The notes beneath the pieces are model-generated. The model did not search any database. It saw nothing but the letters and a program-made list of their open reading frames with translations, and was not told the origin of the DNA. A DNA stretch of 64,000 nucleotides from Rhynchopus sp. YZ270_cl-10 (lineage: Eukaryota): NCBI GenBank assembly GCA_964035575.1, contig OZ037842.1, positions 496,001 to 560,000 of the forward strand, read 5' to 3'. The position numbers and the translations under genes are program-made. Positions 34,919 through 48,945 of this stretch are shown one piece after another (position 1 is the stretch's first letter; each line of letters begins with the position of its first letter).

Positions 34919-37564
34919 TCAAGAATTTTTAACCAGATATGTTGTGCAGAAGATGTCTCTCAGCGCAGGTGTCTGGTTTGGCAATGCCCCCGACTGTGCC
35001 TCAGCGATCAGTGCTTTTGCCACATCCACACCAGGCAGCTCACAGCCTTGAAGTTCCTGCAACGCATCATGCAGCTTCCCTTCGTAGATGTAAAGAACTG
35101 CCTGGTTCAGGTGGCGGTAAGGGTCCTTGCTGTCCTGTAGGTCAAGTTGGTACATCCACTCCTCGTTCCCGGTCTCGTGATGTGAAATGATCTCATGCAG
35201 CATGGTCGACCTGTTGTTCAGTGTCGCCACCTTAACAACCTTCCGCAAAACAAGACGCTGTTTCGCCTCGTTGCTCACATCTCCACATGCAAGGAGCTGC
35301 ACACCCCACCGCCGTCCACACCGCTCAAGGGCACGCACGTTGCACGACACAGCTCCAATGATTCCGTACTTCTTCAGCCCTGTGCAACCCATTGTCCCGC
35401 ACATCGCCTTCCCTGAAGACACTCCGCAGTTCACCTTCAGGCTCTCTCCAAGTGTTTCACGGATGTGGATGCCGAGTTCTGCAGCCTTGAGTCTGTAGTT
35501 GGATGCGAACAGTGCGGTGTTGAAGGAGACGGTGATACGGTCGCCTGACACGTCTTCGATGATGCCACGGAACTTCTTTGCACCGGCAACCATTGTTTCG
35601 CAGTAGCGTGCAAGCACTTCGTTGACTGTCTGCGTGTTTGTGATTGTGTGCAGGTCAGCGACGTTTGAGACAAGCAACGCTATGCTTTTGTTCTTCAAAC
35701 CTTGCACAAACATCTTTGTGGGTGCGAGGGTGCTTGACTGCTGTCCAGATGAACGCGACACACGCGACGTACTGTCACCACGTCCGCTCGGCGCCGTGTC
35801 GCAGGCGGTCTTCGTAAATTCCGTCTCGTCCTCGGTCTGAGACTCAACAAGCACACTCTGTGGAAGGTACTGACGGTACTCAATCAGGTTTTGCATCATC
35901 TGTTTGAAGGACTTCTCCATCTCACGAACTTCTGAGAGTGAACTCAGAGGCCTGTCAGCTTCAACACTATCCAAGTCCATAATAGCAACGTGTGACATGT
36001 CCTCCATGAGTTGGATCAGAGGCTTTGTGATGCGGAAGACAAGGTACACCGTCAGCCCAATAGGGATCAGCGCAGCAACGACAACAACAATGTAGAGAAT
36101 CATGCGTGCCTTTTCAAGGTCGTCGTCCACTTTGGATTCAGACTTGCGGATGTTCTCCTGTGTTGCTGTGTTCAGATCGTCCACCTCACCAAGGAGGTAC
36201 TCCCTGTCAATCAGTGCCACCACGTACCAGTTCAGACCACGTCCGTTGTCGAACAGTTTCACGCTGTAAAGTGCAAAGTTGTAAGTGTATCTCATTGACA
36301 TATGACATACGTGACAAAGAACTCCTCATCATCAGGACGGCGTGTCGTGTTCATCATGAAGGATCCAGGAACGCCTTGCTGCAACAGGTGTTCTGCATTG
36401 GTTGTGGTGTATGTTTCGTTGACCACGTGTGGCAGCGTGAGGTAGTCCACTGTGCCTGCAACCAGCGTGTCGTTAGTCTCTTTTGCGTGCATGGGGGTGG
36501 GGAACTCCCCGAAAAAAGACCTGTAACAGGAATGCAAATACAGAAAGAGCTGTAAACAGAATAACATACGTTCCGTGCGACGTCCCTGCCATGTACCAAT
36601 GCTGCCAACCTTCCACCACCCAGTTGTTGCGCACTGCCGCAAACACCCTTCCCAGACTTCCCTTCCCGAGGTCAAGGGTCTGCAGAAAGTTGCCAATTTT
36701 CCTCATATCTGTACCAGCGTACGTTATCCCAACACGATTGCCTGCATTGTCAACGTACACACACTGTGCAGCCACCCCTACGTAGTATGCCAGCTCCAGA
36801 AGAGGTGAGAACATGCTGGCCCCAACTGGCTGGTAGTTCAGGAGTGTCAAGTGCTTTTCACGGAGGTCGTAGTACGGGTGTCTGCAGGGCACATCGAACG
36901 CTTTGCCTCGTGAGTCCACAGCGGTCTTGCCGTCCGCAAGGCACTCGAAAGGGTAAGCTGGATAGTGGTCATTGGGGTAGCCGTACGAATTGCCAGACCC
37001 GTCAGGCAAAACATCTCCCTGAACGCTTCTGTTCAGCGCTGGCAGGGTGGTCACGCTGTCGTAGTCAGTGCCGTTGTTGACCAGACTATTGAGATGCATG
37101 TAGCCATCAGGGCGGCTCTCAAGGGTAAGATGGTTCTCAAACACCTGCATCGTCTGCAGCTTCGTGGTGATAATGCCTAACCCATCGTAGTTGTAGTTAC
37201 GAGCAACCATGTGGTAGAAAGCCTTCCGCCAGCTGTAGATGTAGTCCCAGGAGGTCATCACGGCGGTCTCCTCGGTCATTATCTGGTGGCAGATCTGGTC
37301 GCTTGCATCACGGAGGACATTGAAGAAGGAGGAAAACTCCCTAACAACAGAGTCGGTTTGCTGGTTGAGGTACACCTCCGACAGCTTCACAACAGTGGTG
37401 CTCCCAACATCAAAAGCACTGCCGACAGACTCCTGCAGCAGGTCTTCTGTGTCACGCAGGGCAGAGTCACCACTCCACACTGCCATCGACGTGCACAGAC
37501 AGGCCACCGCAGCGATGCAGAACACCACAAGCCCGACATTCAGCGCCCTGATCGATACAATCAT
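34919..37564 (-). CDS. Receptor-type cyclase-like protein, copy 4 (3 exons, 849 aa)
   Basis: Exons 37564-36570, 36520-36311, 36263-34919. GT-AG introns of 49 and 47 nt; 2550 nt in frame. Confidence 0.85.
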
Positions 37565-38905
37565 TGTGTACAAATGTGCTGAGTGGTGTGTGTGAGATAG
37601 TGCGGGGGAAGTGGTACGGTGGAAAGTGGTTCAACGAAACAGGACATCTATTTCTTTCCTCCTACCATCCACGAAGCTTCCCTCATTTGCACAAAGCCCA
37701 GTCACCCACTATCAACAAAAGAACGAACACAGCCATGCAGAACATCACTGAAGTGAGACTGCCAAACTGTGCCGCACTTTGCATCCAGAGGGCTGTGCCT
37801 GGGAAATGAAAACTGAAAACAATATTTTTTGGTGAACAGAAACGGAGACAACACATGCAAAACATAGATTGGTGCAATCGGTGTGGGTGCTGAGAGTATC
37901 ACACAGAGGCCCCACACACATGCACGATGTAGCTTTGCTGTGAACACAATATTTTGGTAAAGGGAAGATCCAAATAACGTTATCCTTCGGTAACTTTGAA
38001 AAGCTGCTTGCGGCGGAAAACAAAAGTTATTTTGACGTGGCTCAAAAACCCCCAAGTACATCACAAAATAATCACAAAAGAAGTGCAAAACTTACACTTT
38101 ATTGAGCTGAGCCACACCATACAGAAACTAAGTTATTTTTTGGGTAAACACATTTGGGTTTCATTTCCCAACCCAACACTGATAGAGCGTAAAGACAATA
38201 AATAAAAGCAAAGTGAAGTTGAGGTTTTGTGAGGCACTCAACGAGTGTGCCAGCTCTGTAGAGTCACGGAGCCACCAACACTCCTCAGTCCTTTTCCTGC
38301 GCTTCCAGTAAAACTCGCGTATGCGATTAGGGGGTACAGGATTTTCGCAAGGAACACATAAAACGCAAATAAAGATAAACCCACTAATGCGCAGATATCA
38401 TCACTACTGTGAGTGAGACTCGCACAGGGAAAGATTACCGACGCATTTGACCAAAAAAACTGTTTTACACCCTGAACTCCACCTGACCAAAACCTTCAAG
38501 AGGTACAAGGCCATTCAACGGGTGGTCCGCGCTCACGAGTGGTTCAGGTCAACCATAGGGCCAGTCAACGGGTGGAATACACTGAACAAACAGGCCTGAC
38601 GCTAACTTTTCGATTTTTGAGAAATCGTGAGATGATGGTCGAATATGGGGGGGGGGGAAAGCTAAAAAAAATTTTTTCCGCGCCTGTTTTTTTTGACCTC
38701 ACGCAACACTCCACACCATTGACAAAAACACACGATTTTATTTTTTGAAAACTTGGTCAGCCCCGCCGCCAGGATTTTGGGCAGTGTTTCCGCGCTGAAG
38801 AATCCGATGAAGAATTCTTCGAAAAAAAAAAAAAATCCCAAAAAAAAATTTTTTTTCCAATGAAGAATTCTTCATTGGAAAAAAATAAAAATAAAAAAAA
38901 ATTCC

Positions 38906-39360
38906 CGGAAAAAAAACAAGTAATTGCTATCAGAAAAAAACGGGGTGTGCTGTGGTTATGGGGGGACCCACACCCCTGAACACCGCCCTGTAGACATAAT
39001 CTACACTGTCTGCTCTTCTGCAGGTATGCGAAAACGCTGCCAGAACCACTGGGACACCTGCACTTGAAACGTTCAAGAACGGGGGCTGTCATCCTCAGAC
39101 CCCTCTTCGTCTCGCACCATTTGCTCGATGGATGGTCGGTGTGTTCCAGCTCGTTGTCGTCCACAGCCTCCCACTCATCGTGGCCGGAGGAGTGTGTAAG
39201 GAACACAGACGACTAACTGTCGTCGATCACACCATGCGCATCAGCACCACCCAGCAAAGCGCCAGGCTGCTATGTTGGTTTCGAAAATCACGCGGGGTTT
39301 CCCACAGCACACCTCGTTTTTTTTTCTTAGCAATTCCTTGTTTTGTTGTTGTTGTTTTCC
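38906..39360. mobile_element. Small TIR element with coding-like interior (Pack-MULE-like)
   Basis: ~43-bp inverted repeats AAAACAAG(T/G)AATTGCTA..GAAAAAAACG(G/A)GGTGTGCTGTGG; no clear TSD. Confidence 0.5.
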
Positions 39361-42267
39361 ACACACCTTCCTTCAACCCTTGTAGGATCAGTTGCTATTT
39401 TCTTCTAGAAAACTTGAAATTACACATTTCAAGAGAACAAATTAAAAAGGGTCCTTATTTGCATTTTTGGGATCCGCCCGTGCAGTGGTGGGGTCAATCT
39501 CGAAAATTGGATAATTTTTTGACCACTTAAATTTTGAGAAAAATGAGCCCGGTTGCTTATACGTGGGGCCCATTTTCGGCTAAAATTTTCCTCAAAATCT
39601 GGTTTTGTAAAATTGACCCTTTACTCCCCCCCCACATCGATTTCAATACTATACCTTACTTCACCTACGGTTGCCCTTACAGGGGGGGTGAAGGAAGGTA
39701 AGTTGAAAATTCCCCACATAAGCCTCTGAGAGTGACCAGAACTGGCCTCATGAACAAAGTGACCCCGTCACAGCCAGAACGCGACTCAATTGATCAAACG
39801 CCGAACGAAAAGGAAACATGCAGCATGGCGAAAGAAGAAAAGTAGCGTACCGTGCGCCTGCGGAGCAAGCTTGCAACCCACGTTCCCATGACATAGTTTG
39901 GCTGTAAAGATGTGCAATTTTTTGAAATGTTGCGTACCGTGGCTTCGCCAGGAGCCTTGGTGCTATGACCACCGTTTCTTTTTGTACACGTACTGAGGTA
40001 ACTGATAATTCGTGTGTCTGGTGCAAATATCAATGAAGTTGAACTCCTCAGTTGGATACCCGAGGAATTCTCTCATTCCGGGTCGGGCTCGACCGCGCCT
40101 TTTTATTTTTTTTTGGAATCTCAGCACGGTGGCCCATTCCTACCCTTACACGGCGGGGTCCACACACCCGAGGGTCCGTAAATTTTACGGACCCTCATTA
40201 CGGACCCTCAAGTGCGGACCCGGGTCCGTAATTACGGACCCTAGGGTCCGTAATTACGTACCCTAGGGTCCGTAATTACGGACCCTAGGGTACGTAATTA
40301 CGTGGTCTAAGGTGGGAAATCACTGTTTGGATGTGTGACTGCTGGTCGAAAAGCCCTGGGAGCAAACCGAGTGGTACACAGGTACCACATGATAGACCAT
40401 GATCATGTGGGCCTATCCCAAGTTACATACCGAAAAAAGTCGTGAGCTCGGTTAGTTGTCAAAGACGTCTTCCACCATGCACTGAGGAGATAATGATCCA
40501 ACAATTTACAAGAAAGATTACTTAACCTACTGCTGGAGTTGCCAGGTCGTAGTAACACACAAAGTGTGCCTCCGTTCGGGAAGACCGGATATTCTAGTGA
40601 CCAAAAAGGCCTCAAGAATATCTTCCGGTAGTCAAGGTATAACCGAGTGAACGGCCCAAGACCCCCGTGGAGAAGTTAAATGTTGTAATGCTATCAAGTA
40701 CAAACTGCGAACACTGTCTTACCCTCCTCAATACATGGTGGAATATGTCTTTGACAACAAACCGAGCTCAAGAGTTTTTAAACTTCCCTGAGGGAATGCG
40801 AGACGCAAAATTTACCACCAGACCCTGTCTTCGTGCACCTTCGGTGCAACGCTGCAGACAGGCCAAACTGCGTTGGACTCAGAGGAATGCCTGCTGTGCA
40901 GTGTATCAATGAGAACCAAGTCCCAGCAACAAGGGGCGCCTTTTGGCGGGCGTTGTTGAGGGTGTTTGGGGTGCAAAGTTTTCCACAATTTTGATGCGCG
41001 GGTACAGAAGTGTTGTCTTGTTCTTTCATCTTTAGGAATGTAAATGTCAATCGCGTTTAACTACCACTAGGGCTTGTTCAGTGAACCCACAAGGGGTCGA
41101 AGGGGGTTGGTTATCCCATAGCTATCAAAGGTTGTGTCGACCAGGCTAATCCACTATGTTACGCTGTACGTTGTTAAATCCGAAGAAATAACACTTTAGC
41201 AGCCGCAGGAAGTTTGCTAAAAAGAGTGCCTCACGCTACACAAACCACCACCCGCGATTGACTTAGATGTTATAACAAAGAGAATTCAGAACAAAACAAC
41301 ACCCTGCCCCATACACACTAAATTGTCATGCTTCAAGAGCATGCCTGGGCCAAAATTACTGTTGACCAAAAAGGCAACAAGACCACCCACAAGGAGTGTA
41401 AATTGTGCACTGGTTTTCTGGGGGAACGCAATATTTTCTTGTGTCTAGTCCTCCGCAAGCAGAGGACAGACTTTCCGGAAGGTTTCCAAAGTCGAATTTC
41501 TTGCACTAGCTATGCTCCCTTGGTTAATGGCTATAGCAGTGACTGACTAAGTGTACCCACCCCCCTCCACCCAGATCTTCGTCCGCAAACTCAGAATAGA
41601 TTGATGCGGGTAGATTTTGAGTTGTTGAATGTCGGACCGCGGTGAAGCTTCTCATCGCAATCGCGGGTGCAGTTCAGACTTCACGATCCTGTGATAAGTG
41701 TAAATGTGGGGTGTGATTAAGTTATGGTATACAAACGTAGTAGTCGGGAAAGGTGAGGTTAATAAAAAAGGCTATTTATTGCCGTGAAATAAGATAGATT
41801 TTTTCCACGCTACAGGTCGAGAGAGTGACCTGCTGCACAAATGGTTCGAGTGAAGCGAGGTGAATTATGTGAAGCAGGTAACGAGCGCCTGTGGAACCAA
41901 ATAGAAACGTAACACTCATCACACGATAAAACCCATGGGAGAGGTTGTGGTGAAACGCACACACCTCGACCTGAGGAGTGGCTCTGCAGCGCGGTTCGTC
42001 CCCAGAACCGCAAGTGTGTTCAAAATGCTTTGTTTCTATTTCCTCCTTCATGTCATGAGGTGACACAAAATGATTGGTGCGTAAAAAAATAGCTATTTAA
42101 TAGTGTGAACATTACGCGTTTATTTCGAGTTGAAAACACGAACAAGTTGAAATATGCGGCATTTTTTTGTTCAATCTTCACTAGTAACTGAAAGTTAAAC
42201 ATAATTACATACCTTGTCTTCCCCGTAACCTGCGCCTTCGCTGCTTTTAAGGTGCTTTCTCTGGGTG

Positions 42268-42511
42268 CCCAGTACCCAGTACCCAGTACCCAGTACCCAG
42301 TACCCAGTACCCAGTACCCAGTACCCAGTACCCAGTACCCAGTACCCAGTACCCAGTACCCAGTACCCAGTACCCAGTACCCAGTACCCAGTACCCAGTA
42401 CCCAGTACCCAGTACCCAGTACCCAGTACCCAGTACCCAGTACCCAGTACCCAGTACCCAGTACCCAGTACCCAGTACCCAGTACCCAGTACCCAGTACC
42501 CAGTACCCAGT
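42268..42511. repeat. (CCCAGTA)n satellite, ~35 units
   Basis: Perfect tandem heptamer. Confidence 0.98.
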
Positions 42512-43595
42512 GTCTTCGAGAACCTAAAAATGCATTTTGTTGAAATTTTCTGGCTTTTTCTGAACTTTTCCCAGCTACTTTTCTGGTCGAGTAGCTATTT
42601 TCACTTTTCTGGTGTATGAGTAGGTTTTCTGGGTGGGAGACTGGATTCTGGGTACAGTGGTGTGTCTGGGCACCCAGGCACCTGGGTACTGGTGTATTTT
42701 CGGCCCAGTACCCCGGTACACGATACACTGGTGTACAAGGAAAAAAGTCGTGAAAAAGCAACCACAGCTCCACATGACAAACACAAAAGTGTCCAGTCAC
42801 GTGGGGCATTCATGCACTGAGGAGATAATGATCCAACAATTTACAAGAAAGATTACTTAACCTACTGCTGGAAATTGCCAGGTCGTAGTAACACACAAAG
42901 TGCGCCTCCGTTCGGGAATACCGGATATTCTAGAGACCAAAAAGGCCTCTTCCGCTGGTCAAGGTATAACCGAGTGAACGGCCCAAGACCCCCGTGGAGA
43001 AGTTAAATGTTGTAATGCTATCAAGTACAAACTGCGACCACTGTCTTACCCTCCTCAATGCATGGTGGAAGATGTCTTTCACAACAAATAAGCTGTACAC
43101 AGGTACACAGGTAAAACCCGTTAAAATTGTGTGTGAAAGTTAAAAATAGCTATATTTGCATTTTTCGCCCAGCATTGAGGACACATAGTCCCACCAAGGG
43201 CAATTTTGTGATGTCAAAAAAAATTTTTTTTCGGACCAAAAATTGACTTGTTTTCGGTAAAACCCACTAAAAATTGTGGTACTCTAAACTGCGTTTTAGA
43301 CCCCCACAGATGCTCAAAAGTGCCAAATTTTGCTTTTAATGGCCTCAAATCGTCGAAATTAGCCCTAAACGGGGGCAAAAAAAATTTTTCGAGAGTCCCT
43401 TTCCCTGGGAGGCTCCGTAATTACGGACCCTAGGGTACGTAATTACGTACCCTAGGGTACGTAATTACGGACCCTAGGGTCCGTAATTACGTACCCTAGG
43501 GTACGTAATGACACTCCGTAAAGAGGGACCCTCCTAACATGCCGTTTTACGGACCCTCGGGGTGTGCGGACCCCGCCGTGTAGGGTAGGGTCCGC

Positions 43596-43870
43596 GGGGG
43601 GTACCCCATGGGGTACCCCCCAGACTACCCCATGGGGTACCCCCCAAATCTGAGGGGTACCCCATGGGGTACCCCCCAGACTACCCCATGGGGTACCCCC
43701 CAAATCTGAGGGGTACCCCATGGGGTACCCCCCAGACTACCCCCGGGGGTACCCCATGGGGTACCCCGCGCGGACCCTGACTGGCACTGGGGGTACACAG
43801 GTACACAGGTACACAGGTACACAGGTACACAGGTACACAGGTACACAGGTACACAGGTACACAGGTACAG
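43596..43870. repeat. GGGGTACCCC/CCCATGGG palindrome array followed by (ACAGGTAC)n
   Basis: ~58-bp higher-order repeat of palindromes, then about 9 octamers. Confidence 0.9.
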
Positions 43871-44861
43871 CCAGAGTGCCAGAGTCAAGGGTCCGCGCGG
43901 GGTCCGCCCCCCGATGACATAACGAAGTATCGCTTGAAAATACCGTTCAATATATGTTGCTTGGTGTGCATGAAGAAGGACACACAAGGTATATCAAACG
44001 ATAAATCAATCAGATAAACGTTACATCATCGGAAAATTGTTGGCACCGCCCCCCTGTCTTCGTATTTATTACCCCGTCGACAGGCCAAACAGCGTTGGGC
44101 TCAGAAGAAGCAGTGCAAGACAGTCACTGGGGATCAACATGAGAACCAACTCCCAACAACACAGGCTACCGAAGTAGCAGGTGGGGTGTTGCGGGTGTTT
44201 GGGGTGAGAAAATCGATTTTGGTAAGTTGCAGCAGAACATTCTTAAGTTCGCACTAGTCGAGAGAGGCTTACCCGCAGTGAAGCAGTGCACCCATTTAAG
44301 GGTGGAGAAGCGTGACACGCACATACAAGTATGTACGTTACTTCAACAAAGGCTGAATTCTGGTAATTCTAAGGGATGTGAATTCAGCCACCACGCAGGT
44401 AGTGTTTTAAGGTTCCTCGCTTTGTGCTGCACAGCGGACTCATGACACAAAGGAGTTGCCCCCGCTCTCTTTCGCGCAAATTTAAGAAAATTCTGAAGTA
44501 ACTACAACCTGGCGTGCGGGTACAGATGCATTGCTTTGTATGCAGTAGCTAGAACACGTACACAGCTAAGTTCCTAAGCGATTTCCTTCACATTTTTCAT
44601 GAAAAATTGGTCAAAAATCGACTTGTCTTTGGTAAAAAAACCACGAAAAATCGGCTGCGCAAAACCACGTTTTAGACCCCCACAGATGCTCAAAAGTGCC
44701 AATTTTTGCTTTTAATGGCCTCAAATCGTCGAAATTAGGCCTATATAGGGCAAAAAAAAATTTTTGAGAGTCCCTTTCCCTGGGAGGCAATAGCCACCGG
44801 GTGTGCAGGGGGTACCCCCGCGGACCCTGGGGGGTACCCCTCGGGGTACCCCAAACCCCCC

Positions 44862-47118
44862 ACACGGCGGGGTCCACACACCCGAGGGTCCGTAAATTTT
44901 ACGGACCCTCTTTACGGACCCTCAAGTGCGGACCCGGGTCCGTAATTACGGACCCTAGGGTACGTAATTACGTGGTCTAAGGTGGGAAATCACTGTTTGG
45001 ATGTGTGACTGCTGGTCGAAAAGCCCTGGGAGCAAACCGAGTGGTACACAGGTACCACATGATAGACCATGATCATGTGGGCCTATCCCAAGTTACATAC
45101 CGAAAAAAGTCGTGAGCTCGGTTAGTTGTCAAAGACGTCTTCCACCATGCACTGAGGAGATAATGATCCAACAATTTACAAGAAAGATTACTTAACCTAC
45201 TGCTGGAAATTGCCAGGTCGTAGTAACACACAAAGTGTGCCTCCGTTCGGGAAGACCGGATATTCTAGAGACCAAAAAGGCCTCAAGAATATCTTCCGGT
45301 AGTCAAGGTATAACCGAGTGAACGGCCCAAGACCCCCGTGGAGAAGTTAAATGTTGTAATGCTATCAAGTAGAAACTGCGAACACTGTCTTACCCTCCTC
45401 AATACATGGTGGAATATTTCTTTGACAACAAACCGAGCTCAAGAGTTTTTAAACTTCCCTGAGGGAATGCGAGACGCAAAATTTACCACCAGACCCTGTC
45501 TTCGTGCACCTTCGGTGCAACGCTGCAGACAGGCCAAACTGCGTTGGACTCAGAGGAATGCCTGCTGTGCAGTGTATCAATGAGAACCAAGTCCCAGCAA
45601 CAAGGGGCGCCTTTTGGCGGGCGTTGTTGAGGGTGTTTGGGGTGCAAAGTTTTCCACAATTTTGATGCGCGGGTACAGAAGTGTTGTCTTGTTCTTTCAT
45701 CTTTAGGAATGTAAATGTCAATCGCGTTTAACTACCACTAGGGCTTGTTCAGTGAACCCACGAGGGGTCGAAGGGGGTTGGTTATCCCATAGCTATCAAA
45801 GGTTGTGTCGACCAGGCTAATCCACTATGTTACGCTGTACGTTGTTAAATCCGAAGAAATAACACTTTAGCAGCCGCAGGAAGTTTGTTAAAAAGAGTGC
45901 CTCACGCTACACAAACCACCACCCGCGATTGACTTAGATGTTATAACAAAGAGAATTCAGAACAAAACAACACCCTGCCCCATACACACTAAATTGTCAT
46001 GCTTCAAGAGCATGCCTGGGCCAAAATTACTGTTGACCAAAAAGGCAACAAGACCACCCACAAGGAGTGTGAATTGTGCACTGGTTTTCTGGGGGAACGC
46101 AATATTTTCTTGTGTCTAGTCCTCCGCAAGCAGAGGACAGACTTTCCGGAAGGTTTCCAAAGTCGAATTTCTTGCACTAGCTATGCTCCCTTGGTTAATG
46201 GCTATAGCAGTGACTGACTAAGTGTACCCACCCCCCTCCACCCAGATCTTCGTCCGCAAACTCAGAATAGATTGATGCGGGTAGATTTTGAGTTGTTGAA
46301 TGTCGGACCGCGGTGAAGCTTCTCATCGCAATCGCGGGTGCAGTTCAGACTTCACGATCCTGTATAAGTGTAAATGTGGGGTGTGATTAAGTTATGGTAT
46401 ACAAACGTAGTAGTCGGGAAAGGTGAGGTTAATAAAAAAGGCTATTTATTGCCGTGAAATAAGATAGATTTTTTCCACGCTACAGGTCGAGAGAGTGACC
46501 TGCTGCACAAATGGTTCGAGTGAAGCGAGGTGAATTATGTGAAGCAGGTAACGAGCGCCTGTGGAACCAAATAGAAACGTAACACTCATCACACGATAAA
46601 ACCCATGGGAGAGGTTGTGGTGAAACGCACACACCTCGACCTGAGGAGTGGCTCTGCAGCGCGGTTCGTCCCCAGAACCGCAAGTGTGTTCAAAATGCTT
46701 TGTTTCTATTTCCTCCTTCATGTCATGAGGTGACACAAAATGATTGGTGCGTAAAAAAATAGCTATTTAATAGTGTGAACATTACGCGTTTATTTCGAGT
46801 TGAAAACACGAACAAGTTGAAATATGCGGCATTTTTTTGTTCAATCTTCACTAGTAACTGAAAGTTAAACATAATTACATACCTTGTCTTCCCCGTAACC
46901 TGCGCCTTCGCTGCTTTTAAGGTGCTTTCTCTGGGTGTCCAGTACCCAGTACCCAGTACCCAGTACCCAGTACCCAGTACCCAGTACCCAGTACCCAGTA
47001 CCCAGTACCCAGTACCCAGTACCCAGTACCCAGTACCCAGTACCCAGTACCCAGTACCCAGTACCCAGTACCCAGTACCCAGTACCCAGTACCCAGTACC
47101 CAGTACCCAGTACCCAGT
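44862..47118 (+). repeat. ~2.3-kb near-identical direct repeat of 40148-42450, ending in (CCCAGTA)n at 46939-47118
   Basis: Same text in both copies with few substitutions; ORF pairs in the track are duplicated (e.g. 40778/45449, 41776/46446). Confidence 0.95.
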
Positions 47119-48249
47119 CACAGGTACACAGATACACAGGTACACAGGTAAAACCCGTTAAAATTGTGTGTGAAAGTTAAAAATAGCTATATTTGCATTT
47201 CATTGAGGACACATAGGCCCACCAAGGGCAATTTTGTGATGTCAAAAAAATTTTTTTTTCGGCCCAAAAATTGACTTGTTTTCGGTAAAACCCACTAAAA
47301 ATTGTGGTACTCTAAACTGCGTTTTAGACCCCCACAGATGCTCAAAAGTGCCAAATTTTGCTTTTAATGGCCTCAAATCGTCGAAATTAGCCCTAAACGG
47401 GGGCAAAAAAAAATTTTCGAGAGTCCCTTTCCCTGGGAGGCTCCGTAATTACGTACCCTAGGGTACGTAATGACACTCCGTAAAGAGGGAGTGTCCTAAC
47501 ATGCCGTTTTACGGACCCTCGGGGTGTGCGGACCCCGCCGTGCAAAGGGTACCCCGCGCGGACCCTACCCAACCCTGTGGGGTACCCCCTGGGGTAGCCC
47601 ACGCGAGGGGGTACCCCCCGCGGACCCTACCCTGCGGGGTACCCCTTTTGGGGGTACCCCCGGGGGTACCCCCAAAAGGGTCCGCTGGGCCACCGTGAGG
47701 GACTGCGCTGGAACGCGTTTTTTGGGGCCAGAACTCTAGTTTCTCCGCCGGAGGCCCCCAACTTGCCGTGAACTCCCGGCGCGCGTAGCGCGCCGGGCTC
47801 GGGACGTATTTACCTTTTATGTACAAAATCACGATTCTTCATCAAAAATCGTACCCAATGAAGGAGCGCGGAAACACTGATTTTGGGTTTGAAAAAGTTC
47901 TGTTGATGGTCAAAAAATATTTTTCGCGCTTCGCGCGAAAACCCCTGCAAAGCTCCTTCTCGTGGCCTCCGGCGGAGAGACGCATGTTCCCCAAGCCCGG
48001 TCAGAGTTCCTCCGAATCAGCGACATTTGCTCTTTCCCTGTGCATTGTACTCTTCGGTGGCCAGTGCAGGTGGCCGTCCAGAATCCGCATTGGGTGTCAG
48101 CCTTCTTATCGGTAAAGCAGCGGTCATGGTACCCAAAGGTTCCTGGCGAAGCCACGGTACGCAACATTTCTAAAAAATGTTCCCATAAAATGGAACTGCG
48201 TTGGTGGGATACATACTTGCGCCGCAGGCGCACGGTACGCAACTTTTTC

Positions 48250-48945
48250 CATCATGTCATCATGTCATCATGTCATCATGTCATCATGTCATCATGTCAT
48301 CATGTCATCATGTCATCATGTCATCATGTCATCATGTCATCATGTCATCATGTCATCATGTCATCATGTCATCATGTCATCATGTCATCATGTCATCATG
48401 TCATCATGTCATCATGTCATCATGTCATCATGTCATCATGTCATCATGTCATCATGTCATCATGTCATCATGTCATCATGTCATCATGTCATCATGTCAT
48501 CATGTCATCATGTCATCATGTCATCATGCCATCATGCCATCATGCCATCATGCCATCATGCCATCATGCCATCATGCCATCATGCCATCATGCCATCATG
48601 CCATCATGCCATCATGCCATCATGCCATCATGCCATCATGCCATCATGCCATCATGCCATCATGCCATCATGCCATCATGCCATCATGCCATCATGCCAT
48701 CATGCCATCATGCCATCATGCCATCATGCCATCATGCCATCATGCCATCATGCCATCATGCCATCATGCCATCATGCCATCATGCCATCATGCCATCATG
48801 CCATCATGCCATCATGCCATCATGCCATCATGCCATCATGCCATCATGCCATCATGCCATCATGCCATCATGCCATCATGCCATCATGCCATCATGCCAT
48901 CATGCCATCATGCCATCATGCCATCATGCCATCATGCCATCATGC
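48250..48945. repeat. Two-block octamer satellite: (CATCATGT)34 then (CATCATGC)53
   Basis: Perfect tandem units with a single variant switch at 48522. Confidence 0.98.

Larger units (their letters stand above)
40125..47697. mobile_element. CACTA/EnSpm (CMC)-like non-autonomous element, 7.6 kb, nested
   Basis: Ends CACGGTGGCCCA / TGGGCCACCGTG with AG on both flanks (2-bp TSD); palindromic subterminal arrays GGGTCCGTAATTACGGACCC and GGGGTACCCC. Confidence 0.65.

Noticed and set aside
42268..42511. (CCCAGTA)n or (AAAGCC)n as telomeric repeats
   Set aside because: Interstitial, several different units coexist, and CCCAGTA is embedded in a duplicated element.
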